NCBI GenBank assembly: GCA_051362555.1
Contig: CM120648.1
Span: forward strand, 10,846,587 to 10,910,586
Length of the DNA stretch: 64,000 nucleotides
From: Lingula anatina
Taxonomy: Eukaryota; Animalia; Brachiopoda
Reading direction: 5' to 3'
The position numbers were made by a program, and so were the translations under genes. Shown piece by piece: positions 14,147-25,666 of this stretch. Within the stretch, counting starts at the first letter, position 1; each line of letters opens with the position of its first letter. The notes under the pieces are model-generated. The model had not been told where the DNA came from. It was given only the letters and a program-made list of their open reading frames with translations, and did not search any database.

Positions 14147-16609
14147 CTATTGTGTTAGGAAAGGGAGGTAGAGGTCAGGGAGGATGGCACCATCATTTCT
14201 GTTGAGACTGGCCTCTGTCTTTTTGATGTGGATGGCTTCTAAGACTTTTCTGTAATTTTCCCTTGGTTCACTATCAATCACCTTGATTTTGTCGATTATA
14301 GGACCATATGCTACTTTATGTCCGGATTGTTCTTCATGCTGGCTTAATGCTGACTTGCTGTCTCTATTATTGACCGATTTTTGGTGTTCGGCTATTCTCT
14401 CTGACACTGATCTTCCCGTTTCACCTATATATTTCTCACCACACCCCTCACATTCAATTTCATAGACAACTCCACACTTTTCATTGTTGTCTAATGGGTC
14501 TTTGGGACTAACTACTGCATTCCGGATGGTGAACCCTGCTTTGTTGTACAAGTTAATGTTGTATTTTTTAAATGTCCGTTGTAAGCGTTCCGAGACCCCC
14601 CTGGTGTAGGGTAATACAATGACTTGTTTTTTCTCTTTTTTGTCACTGTTTTGAGCTGTGGTATGGACACTTTTTTTGTTTTTGTTTCTTTCCCATCTTT
14701 TCTCCTTCTTTTAATCCCCATTCCGGATATCCACAATTTCTGAGAGCTCGTTTCACCTTTTCTTTTTCAATCGCCTGTGTCTCTCTATCTTTAACCAAGG
14801 TCTCAGCCCTATACATAAGTGTCTTTACAATCCCAAGTTTTTGATATACTGGGTGGTGTGACTCCCAATGTAGATATTGGTCTGTGTGGGTGGGTTTACG
14901 ATATATGTCTGTTGTGATGGTATTTTCTTTTCTGGTCAGTTTTAGGCCCAGCATGGGTAGGGATAGTTGTTCATCCTCTTTCTCCATAGTAAATTTGATG
15001 TTTGAATGTTGTTCATTGATATGTGCAAACAGCGCCTCTTGGTGTTGACTTTGGATGACCACTCCAGTGTCGTCTACATATCGTCCCCAGAACTTGGGAG
15101 GATGAACTGCTGTTGTTAGTGCCTTCTTTTCAAATTCTTCCATGAACAAATTGGATAACACTGGGGAAAGAGGTGAACCCATGGCCATACCATAAGTCTG
15201 TTCATATATTTTATTTAGGAATCTGAAGTAGGTGGTTTCTATTACCATTATTAGAAGTTCCCCAAATTCCATTGGTGTCATTTTAGTCCTTTCATGCCAG
15301 CTGTCATCATTTTCTGCTCTATCCCTGGCCATAATCACCACTTCATCTCCTGGTACACTGGTGAAGAGGGCTGTCACATCAAACGATACCAACACCTCCC
15401 CATCCTCTAACGTCACCTTTTCCAATTTTTCAATAAGGTGTTTAGAATTCTGAACATGGTGAATGGATTGGCCCACCAATGGTTTTAATAGATCCGCTAA
15501 GTGCCTGGCCAGTGAGTAAGTGATGGAGTTAATGCCAGACACAATAGGTCTCATTTTGAGGGGATCCTTATGGATTTTAGAGGTGGCATAGAATCTAGGT
15601 GTGACATCTGATGTTGGGTAGATCTTGTTGTATATGGCCTGGTCAAGGTGATCTGCTTTCTTCAGTTCTCTTAGTTTCCGCTGGATTTTTCCTTTCAAGG
15701 TCTTGGTTGGATTGGCATGTCCCTTTTCTCGGTACGTGTTGGTATCAGCTAATAATGATTCACACTGAAATATAATCTTTCTTATCCATGACAACCACTG
15801 CTTTGCCTTTATCAGCCGGAAGTATGATTATGTCTTTGTTGCCTTTTAATGATTTCAGGTCTTTTCTTTCTGCTGTTGTTATGTTGGACTTGGGGACTTC
15901 TGCATTTCTAAATATCCCCACTACTTCATTGCGCAGTAATTCTGCTGACTCTCTGTCTGATGTTTCTAGTTGTTGGCACATGACTTCTGTTGCTGTGATG
16001 ATTTGTTTAGCTGGTATCTTTGCAGGTGTTATGGCAAAGTTAAGGCCTTTAGCCAATACTGATATTTCCGCCGCTGTAGGTTGGTATGTGGACAAAACTT
16101 TTACCCATTTTTTAAGCTGTGTTCCACTAAGGTCTATCCTTTCTGGTTCTTGTTTGCTGGTGGTGTTTGGTTTGGGTTTAAGTTTTTCCAGTTTGTCCAC
16201 TTGTGTCTGTTTTGATTTGGCAAAGGTGGACTCATAAGTGTTGGCCATATGTAGTCTGATGTTACTGAGGGTGTCATCATTATTGTCTGTTTCATTCAAG
16301 TACTTCGATGCGAATGACTGTTCACATTCTTTCCTCTTGTTTTCCAGCTGTTTGACTCTATTATGTGTATTATGTTCCTTTCTTCTAATAGGGCTTTCTC
16401 TGCTTTGCTAATTATCTTGTTAGCTCTCTCTGTCCTGATAGTAGTTCTAAGCCTGAGGCTACAAGGCACCAAGTCCAAGTCTTTACACCTGAGATTGAAT
16501 CTGAGGTGATTTTTAAATCTTGCCAGTTGTTTTTCAGCTTTTCCCAAATCCTGACATGCCGTACACCTCCTTTTCCATACTTAGTATGTAAGTCAGAGAA
16601 AAATTTCAT
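14147..16609 (-). pseudogene. PLE reverse transcriptase / GIY-YIG endonuclease ORF split by several frameshifts
   Basis: ORF-track segments 16412-16609, 16296-16547, 15760-16299, 14643-15794 and 14147-14551 continue each other in different frames. Confidence 0.9.
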
Positions 16610-16654
16610 CGGCTGTGTTAAGTTATAAGAATGATGTGAATTTTTCTTCAGTCA

Positions 16655-16732
16655 ACAGCTTATATTGAGATAGTTTTTACCTCCAATATTTCGATGTCTA
16701 TCAGGATATCTTCTTCAGGGAATGAGGCTATC
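16655..16732 (-). ncRNA. Hammerhead ribozyme-like motif in the PLE pseudo-LTR (5' copy)
   Basis: CUGAAGA-A-GAUAUC/CUGAUA/GACAUC-GAAA-UAUUG..CAAUA-UA; one mismatch in stem II. Confidence 0.55.
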
Positions 16733-16896
16733 CAGGTGAATAGCCTCTACTCAGGAGGTGTACTTGCCCCCCCCCCCCCCCCCCCCCATTGTCTTAGGAA
16801 ACCTCTACCTCTACCTCCCTTTCCTAAGACAATGGGGGGGGGGGGGGGGCAAGTAACTTAACACAGCTGATGAAATTCTTCTCAGGGACTAACTAA

Positions 16897-18097
16897 GATA
16901 CAGGCAATTATCTAACTGTTATAGGTGTCAAGTTATTAACCTGAAGAGGCGGAATATAAGCAATGTCAGAATATCGATACAATTGTATTGTTCAGTCAGA
17001 ACCGTGCAGAGGGCCTGGTCTCGGTATAGAAACACTGGATCAAGAGACAAATTGCCTCTGATGGGTCGTCCAAGAAAAACTACTGGCCGTGAAGACCGAC
17101 GACTGATTTTGATGTCCAAGTTGTCAAAGTTCGACACTGCTTGTCAGTTGACAACACAGTGGAACAATTTCACACATAAGAATGTGTCTGTGAAAATTGC
17201 TAGGCGTCGGTTACATGCTCAGAGAGTGTACAGCAAGGTAGCAAGACTGAAACCTCTTATATTGTTACCAAACAGGCAACGTAGAGTGAACTAGGGTCAA
17301 CAGGATCTGGAACTGGACAGTCCATGACAATTGGTCCTATATATTTTTTTCTGATGAGTGTCGCTTTGGTCTGACCTCTGATGACAGACGGGTATGATGC
17401 TGGCGAACTGCTGGTAAAGCATTTGAACCACATGCACTGAATTTTCGAACCCGGAGCAGCATATTCATCATGGTGTCGGGCTGTATCACCATCCATGGCG
17501 TGGGCGAATTGATAGAGGTTGATGGAAACATGAATCACTAGAAATATATCCATTTTTTGGAGTCAGGCTTGCTACCATCTATTACTTACATGTTTTGTGA
17601 CAGGAATTATCCATTTGTTCACCAGGATGACAATGCTCCTTGTCACAGGCCCTGAGCAGTTGATGATTGGTTTGACCAACAGGACATTCGCAGGGTGATG
17701 TGGCCTGCCCAGATTCCGGATGCAAACATAATAGAAAATGTGTGTAATGATATGTCAAAACTTTTGACAAATGCCCGTCTAACCAGCAGAGAAACTCTGT
17801 TATATTCAGTGTTTCATGCTTGGGCCAGCATAAGCCCTGAACGCATCAGACAATTATATGAATCCTTGCCTCGTAGACTGGCACCTATTATTAGGTCACG
17901 TGGCTATGCCACTAAGTACTAATTTTGGACTTGAAACTGCATATTTTGGAAGAATGTATATTTTGTTCTCATTTTGTGATTTTTTGTGAAATTTGATGTT
18001 AATAAAATGATACCAGGAGCATATCATTCCACAGTCATTTATCTCCCCCATAGTATTGGTTCAGTAGGGGTGACACTTCTATTGTCCAGTGTGTGTA
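16897..18097 (+). mobile_element. Decayed Tc1-family (DD34E) transposon
   Basis: HTH region (CSVRTVQRAW..GRPRKTT), FSDECRF, HQDDNAPCH, WPAQIPDANIIENV and SRGYATKY*, with several stops and frameshifts. Probable right TIR ends ..TGTCCAGTGTGTGTA near 18097; left TIR not found. Confidence 0.85.
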
Positions 18098-19204
18098 CAT
18101 AGTGTGTTAATAAGGTAGGTCCTGTCATTTCTTGTGATCTGTAAATTTACATGGAGGCCTTTCAGACTTCGGGATGATTTCTTCCTTCCCTTCCTTCAAC
18201 TTGGATAAATGTTTCTTATTTATCTGATTTCATTTTGGTCATAGTGCAAGTTCATAAAGTTGACAACGTCTACTAAAAAGTACTTTACTGATACCATTGA
18301 AAACAATATAAGAAGGACCTATTAAATGTAGCGGGAGATTACTTCATCGACATTATTCATTTAGTCCGAGATTAATGCAGTTATCGTTAATGAACATTTG
18401 GAATTATAAAAAAGAGGTAGTATAGACGTTCTTGCAGACAAAAAGGAATCAACCTTCACCAAACAAAAGAAATGTGCATTTTTGTTGTATAATAATAATA
18501 ATAACAATGATAATGTTAAATGTTAATTGGCTGCAACCAAAAGTTGGATGGTATATTTATAACACTGAAACTGGATATTTGTACGAAAAAAATATATCGG
18601 ATATAAAACATTTTCTAAAACACATTTTCAATAATTGCATAAGTATTTAATTATTAGTACTTTTTTAGGTAAAATCATAAAATTAATTTTAAGTTGATAA
18701 TACCCATTGAAACTTATTGGACTCTCGCTGTACTTATTCTTTACTATCTGGATACTTCGTACCTTATAAAACTGTTCATTCCGTGTTGATAAAAAGAGGC
18801 GCATTTTGTGATCACTAACGCACAATTTGGTTGACTTTTTTTACACAACTCGTCGCGCCGAAATAGTTGTTCATTGTACTTACTCAACTTGACTATTAAC
18901 AAACCTAATATATAGCGCAACAATTTGCCCGTCAAAAGTGTAAACTAAAATATTTTTAAACATTTGTTGACAATATAGTAATTGCAGCAATTAAGTTTCT
19001 GTTTTGGTACTTGCATTATCCATATTATTTTAAAAGCTGATGCACTCGGCGTTTTCAAAGCACAAATGCGAAGACAAATTCTTTTACAAACTTATCATTT
19101 TTTTTTTTTTTTTTTTGTATTTTTCATCGTGTAATTGTCGTAGCATTCAAGGTTTTTACAACGTGTATGCAGATGATAAAATGTACAATGGACACCATGC
19201 TGTA

Positions 19205-19755
19205 AATACAGATTTGACATTTAATATGGAATATTTTCTCCAAATCATAATAAATCAGTTTTTTCCTATTTTGCTGACTGATAAATGAAAATAAGGATTA
19301 AATAGTGTTTTAAAAACTTTTTATAATCAGCTCGATGTCAGTGTGACATCAGTTTATTAATTGAATTCGCCAACTAAGTTACGATGCCTCAAATCAAATA
19401 ATATTTTTCGCGCAACAAATATATGCATAAACTTTATAATATAAAATTACTTTAAAAAATTGACGATGGTTATTTGCACTCATCCTTTTCATGATAATAT
19501 CTTACAATATTCACGAAATTTGCTGGGTTTATCATACCTGACCGAAATTACATGTGAAGTAGAGATTGCTGATTTAAATCCAACTTATTAAGTAAGTTAC
19601 CATATTCTGGCTAATGAATAACAGGCTTGACATTTACAGAGTTGACATTTAATATGGAATATTTTTTCCAAATCATAAATCATCAGTTTTTTCCTTTTTT
19701 GCTGACTGATAAATGAAAATAAGGATTACAGTCGTGTTTTAATAAATTTTGATAA
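19205..19755 (+). repeat. ~115-bp direct repeat (about 19205-19325 and 19635-19755)
   Basis: TTGACATTTAATATGGAATATTTT..CCAAATCATAA..GCTGACTGATAAATGAAAATAAGGATTA occurs twice. Confidence 0.8.
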
Positions 19756-21666
19756 TCTAGGTGTGTCGCTACCAATTAACTGACTACCCTTTAACAAATG
19801 TTGGGCAGTTGGCTCCAAGAAAATTCCTTTATTTAATCTGGTTCAGATATCTGAGACTGCATGACCACAAATGAGGTTTTGGCACCAAAGTGAATTCTTC
19901 CACCTAAATGCAGATGTTCCCACCGCTGCAAATTGGTCTGTGAGCGACACACACTTAGTTTGTGAACTCTTATTTGACTACCTTGGCGGTGCAGATGAAA
20001 TCTGACGTCATAAATGAAAAACGTATGTTTCCAGTATTGTGCCCAGAACCGTTAATGCTTCCCAACTCATTGCAGAAAGAAATGACGATGTTGCTCTGTT
20101 CACAAGGGTTCCTCAGAGGGCGCCTGGTAAAATGAGCTGCTAAAACCAGCCTGTTGATTACATAGGCTTTGAAAAATGCTTTTTGGTGGCACTTTGCCCC
20201 TCATTTTGAAGGGAAATTGTCTTTTTGTATACTTATAAGAACAATTGATCCTGTTTCCAGGTGGTAAGTTATGGATGCCTTGGACGTGGCCTGTGTATAG
20301 GTGCACCAGGTTGGGCAGTCAAAAACATGTGACACAATAATCTGTCTGGCAATTTCTCTTTCTATTCCACAATTCCGGCGCAGAGCAAAAATGCTTTTAC
20401 TCCGCTCGATTTACCTACGTTGACATCCTCGATGAGTGTGCAAAATGTCAAACTATTCTGGGTAGGATTGGCCAGATTTTGAGACAAAAATATTTAAAAA
20501 AACATTTTTATAATCTTGTTTAAGTTCGTTACAGCATTTATGTCTAGTTAATCTTTCCTGGAAGTAATGAACAGGAAAGACCATCAGGTGGTTAATTCAG
20601 TATAAAAGTTGATGTAAGTTTTTCATCACAGGTCCGTTGTTAAGGGAATGTACCGATAGTCCAAAATTCTGAGATCCTCGATGCTTTATTTGCCGACCAT
20701 CCCTAACCCTACTATGAACTTAACCGGTCGGTGTAGTTCAAAAAGCGTAAGTTGTTCGTAGCCCAATAATTTCTAATTTCATCAAAATTTACATACGTTA
20801 AAAGAACGTGCTGGCAACGTTTCTTAGATCAGTGATAATGTGTAGAATATATTATATTGTCAAATACACTGGATATCTACAGGACCTTACATTTATAATT
20901 ATTCTCTAAATGTTATCTAGTAACGATTTCCCATACACTTTCCAACAACACTGGCAAAACTAACGACTAACGACTAACTTTTTTATCCCATGTAAAACAT
21001 TATAACGTTTCCATGACGTTTTTGTTATATATATAAACGTTTTGAAAGTAGTATTATAATGTTGTTTCAGAACTTAAAAAAACACTAAAAGTATTATTAT
21101 GATGTTATTCCAGAAATATTTTAAAAAACGGAAACATTTAAAAAAAACTCCACAAAATAAGTCTTTTTTTTTTTTTTTTTTTTTGAACGATTTTTCTTTG
21201 ATTTTATTTTTGTTGATATGTAAATACACACAGAGTTGTCATTAGAGTTTTAAGTTTGTACCATAACCACATTAAAAGCAATTGATAACGTTGTGACAAC
21301 GTTAAGTGTTAGCGTGGCTGCTATTATCATACTTGGACCAGTCCAAAGTTTACTACCTAAAGAAATCACCACACATTACATAATGCAACATAGACAACAT
21401 AGACAAGACGGTAGGTCAATTGTTACTGATACACCTCACTAAGTATTTATCTATTATCATAATGCACATGAACATGAAATGCACGTTTTACAAAAAAAAA
21501 AGTTACATTTTAACCTTGACAAACCTTTGAAACTAAAACTTTCTACAATAAATGCCACGTCTGTATTTCTTTAAATTCTGTTTTGCGTTAGTTTTATTAA
21601 TTAAACGAGGACGTAATAGCCGCCTTACACACATGGGCGTAAAGACAACAGGACAATATGTTACAG

Positions 21667-21710
21667 TATAAATCACCTCGTGTTATTTAATTTTCATCAC
21701 GAGACTTTCC
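21667..21710 (+). promoter_or_regulatory. Putative TATA box and adjacent kappaB-like motif upstream of the intact CARD-protease gene
   Basis: TATAAAT at 21667-21673 and GAGACTTTCC at 21701-21710. A splice acceptor at 21870 just before the ATG implies a short upstream non-coding exon. Confidence 0.3.
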
Positions 21711-21878
21711 TTTTTCTGTCCAATGCCATCATAACATTTCCGCCTTTCTCGTCAAATCGTCATCTGTGTATCTGGTATTGAATTCCAATCAGCCCGACAT
21801 ATGAACCTTTCAAGAAACAATATTTTCATTTATTTATTCATTTTGATAATTAACTTATTTTTTTCTTCAGGTATTATC

Positions 21879-24800
21879 ATGGCTGCTGCAAGGCCCAGCA
21901 CATCCACAGACTGGACTGTATGTATTGAACGTAGTCGGGAAATCCTTCAGACAAGCGCACTAGGCGTAGATATCCTCCTTGAACCCTTGGTATCCAACGA
22001 TGTTGTGACGCCAGAGGAAGCAGCAAATGTCAAACGATTGTCTGTTGGAGCCCCTGAACGAGAGAAAATAAATTCTCTTTTAGACCTCCTTGTTTTAAAG
22101 GAATTGGCAGCCTCCAAAATATTCATCCAAACAATAAAAGTCCATGAACCATGGATAATAGACAGTTTGCAATCGGAAGGTTCGTGCATTTCTTTGTTTT
22201 TTTTAATGGAATATTTTGATTATTTTAGCTAATGAAATGAATTAAGTGAAATCAGTAATATAACGGCGCTGCTTGATTGACAATATCTCTACCTTATCTT
22301 TCTCTTTCGAAGAGCAGTTTGTTCGTAAAAAAATCGACAATTAAAGACAAAAAAATTAAATATATATTCCAATAATAGGTTTGGAAAAGAGAACCCCTTT
22401 ACAGGTACCGGTACGTATAATTTCCATCAAACCTCAACTTACATTTAAGTCTCATTTAATTTCTAATTATCCCGTAATCACCACTAACCGAGAGATTTCG
22501 TGAGATTTCAAACCCGTTGTTGACATCATTGTTTTCCTTAGGATATAAATCAAACAATGTAGTTCAATATACAACATTGGTCAAAAAGGTTGTCCCACCC
22601 CCATTTCCATGCACTTTTATTTACAAATGATCACCTTACAGGTGTATATTGTTATAAACGGTGCTTTTTATTCTAGATGCCATGTCTAACATGATTAATG
22701 GTTCAAAAAATACAAAATAGTGGTGTGGATATGCACATTTTATACCATTTAGTCAAATTTATATCAGGTACCCCCTCAAAACCAATGTTTCACTGTGATT
22801 TCCACAGATGTAAAGAAGTGTCTATTAAATTTAAAAGACGCCATCAAATGTCACTAAATTTACACATAATTAGCATTAGGATGTGCTCGTTAAAGGTCAC
22901 GTGCCTAATAGCGTGTGCGTCTACCGCATACTGTAATTATCTCCTGTAGATGGCGCGACAAGCCTCCAACAAGGGTTTTATTCTGTTTTGTGGGATATTG
23001 CCCCATCCATCCTTTAGAGCGTGGCGGAATTGGTCCAGATTATTTCGGAATTGGTTCTCCTCTGCAATGCACATTCCAATTCATGCCACAGGTGCTCAGT
23101 AGGATTAATATCAGGGCTCAAAGACGGTTGTCCCATCCTTAGAGCCCTGTGTTTCGGCAACAAATCACTTGCCAGACGAGAGCTGTGAGCCAGTGCGTTG
23201 TCACAATGAAGCCGGTAGCATCCCTGAAGTCACCTCTTGCAAATGGAGTGAGCTATCTGTTGAGAATGTTACCGTAAAATGGCCCAGTTACGTTTTGTTC
23301 CAGAAAAAAAATGTACTGATACCACGGGCTTGGAATGTTCCCCAAATGCCGACTGATCTATCACCTCAGGCGATATTATCCTGCACACACCCTTCCAAGA
23401 GGCATTTTTCAGCATGTCTATGGACCCTCATTTGACCATCGATGGGATACAAGAAATAATTTGATTCTGCAGCAAAACCGACTTCCTTCCAGTGATGGAT
23501 GTCCAGGTTCAGGTCCCTGTGGGATCACTGAAAGTAACATTCTCAGCTGATATCTCACTCCATCTTCAAGAACTGACTTTTGGGTTAACTCCAGGCTTCA
23601 TCATAACAGCACAGTTGCTCACACTTCTCGCCTGGCAAGTAATTTGTTGTAGAAACACAATGTTCTAATGATGGAACCACCATCTTTGAGCCCTGATATT
23701 AACCTTACTAATCACCTGTGACATGAATTGGAGTGTGCAATGCAGAGGAGAACCAACCCCATAAAAACGTGGACCAACTCCCCCAAGCTGTTTAGGAAGA
23801 ATGGGATAATATCCCACGAAACAGAATTTTTATCCTTGTTGAAGGCTTGTCGCGCCATCTACAGGAGATAATTGCAGTACGTGGTAGACGCAGGCGCTAT
23901 TAGGCACGTGACCTTTAACGAGCACATCCTAATGCTAATTGTGTGCAAATTTGGTGACATTTGATGGCGTCTTTTCAATTTAATGGACATTTCTTTACAT
24001 CTGTAGAAATCACAGTGAAGCATTGGATTTGAGGGGGTACCTGTTATAAATTTGACTAAATAGTATAAAATGTGTATATTTTCACCACTCACCATGTTAG
24101 ACATGATATTTGGAATAAAAAGCACTAGTTATAACAATTTACACTTGTGAGCTGATCATTTGTAAATAAAAGTACTTGGAAATGGGGGTGGGACAACCTT
24201 TTTGACCAATGTTGTACATGTATAATATTCCTTATTTCATTTAAAAGTTCAAAGTTCACAAATAAAATTCAATAACTACGCTTAAGTTCCACCTTTTTTT
24301 TATCTTATCCATAATTCTAACCTGATTCTAGGACAATTCCCCCGGTCATCCCCCCCCTGGGCAATCACCCCCAAGGAAAATATATATATAAATCAAAGGG
24401 TGTTTTAACTTAAATATGGAATGTTTTTTATCATTGTTATTTTTGAGTGCTGATTAAATTTTTATTGGCTTGGTTCATCAAAAAAAAAAAAAAAAAATTT
24501 TCACTGAGTGATAAAAAATATCCAGTCTTCTGTTGTATGATATTTTGGTTAATAATATCAAATCTGACATGAGATGTCCTTCAAAAGAAAATAACACCCC
24601 CAGAAAACCATATCAACTGTTTGATGTCAGTATTATTTTTAAGCTAAGATATTAAAGAAAATGATAGCCTGCGGACAGTGATATGTTACACAGTCAGAGA
24701 ACTCATTACAGTAAATCATGAAAAGTCATCAATAGCGGGTATGACTTCCAGCAGCCGCTTGCAGCGCCCTCATCCTACATGGCATACCCTGTGACAAGTT

Positions 24801-25598
24801 TTTTAGAGTTTGGAAGGGGATATCATTCCACTCAGTGATATTTGCCTGTCATATTTCATCACAATTTACCGGCCGATGACCATAGCTATTAATTCTGTGA
24901 GTTACTTCCGCCCACAGGTTTTCAATTTGGTTCATATCTGGGGAGTTTGCAGGCAGGCCAGGGCAGTTGCTGAACCCATTGGTTTCGAAGAAAAACAGTG
25001 ATTCTGCGAGCTCGATGTGCGCAGTTGTCTTGGTACACAAAGTTCCCAGCGGGCAAATTATGTTGTTTTAACGCTGAAACAACGTTGAACCATAACGTTG
25101 AGAAGACATTGGATAAACATTGGATTTGAAAGTTGTGTCAACCTCAGATAACAACGTTGTATCAACGTCAGAAAACAATGTTATATCAATCCCACCCAGC
25201 GGAAAATTATGTTGTTTCATCGTTGAAACAATGTTGAGCTTCAACGTTGACAAGTCGTTGGATTAACATTGGATTTGAAAATTAGATCAACGTCAGATAA
25301 TAATGTATCAACCCCAGTTGTTGGACAACATTCTTACATAAAAAGAAATTAAAATGACCTGAAATGTTTTTATTTTTGGTACAAAACACAGGTACACAAT
25401 TATAAAGTACACTGTAAAAACATCCAAGTGCCTGCTTTGTCTGATTTTTTCAACGCATTTAGCTCTTAAGCATGTTTTGCACCTAAGCATGGTACACCCT
25501 TTTAGTCTGGATGTGTTTAGCAGTAGGACATGTTTGATGGCTAGATATATGTAGGGTATAAATGTATGGCCTTTAAGTTAAAATTGCCAAGGTTTAGA

Positions 25599-25666
<68 letters not shown>

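Larger units (their letters stand above)
13995..16882 (-). mobile_element. Penelope-like retroelement (Penelope/Poseidon type), near full length with frameshifts
   Basis: Minus-strand ORF pieces 16609-14147 encode RT (KIHK..PIVS, SFDVTALFTSVP, GMAMGSPLSP, RYVDDT, YRKPTHTDQYL) and GIY-YIG (GVVYEIECEGC..YIGETGR..ERIAEH..EAIHI..LNRNDG). Direct pseudo-LTRs of ~165 bp at ~13996-14160 and ~16626-16800. TSD CAGGGACTAACT at 13983-13994 and 16883-16894. Confidence 0.92.
8200..18830 (+). repeat. Dispersed, diverged direct-repeat module (~0.7-1 kb): copies at ~8200-8900, ~9600-9810 (partial), ~11220-12230 and ~18100-18830
   Basis: Shared blocks such as GTAAGGCCAAATTAAC..CATTTCT, CTACAGACT(T/C)CCG(G/A)GATGATT, ATTTTG(G/A)CACTAG(A/T)GCAAGTTCA and AATGCAG(C/T)AATC recur in the same order. 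Confidence 0.7.

Noticed and set aside
15788-16237. Plus-strand ORFs within the PLE and antisense ORFs over the protease exons
   Set aside because: Antisense shadows of real coding sequence.
25045-25330. Regularly recurring CAACGTTG motifs resembling a CRISPR-like array
   Set aside because: Irregular spacing, eukaryotic context, and explained as CACTA-type subterminal repeats.
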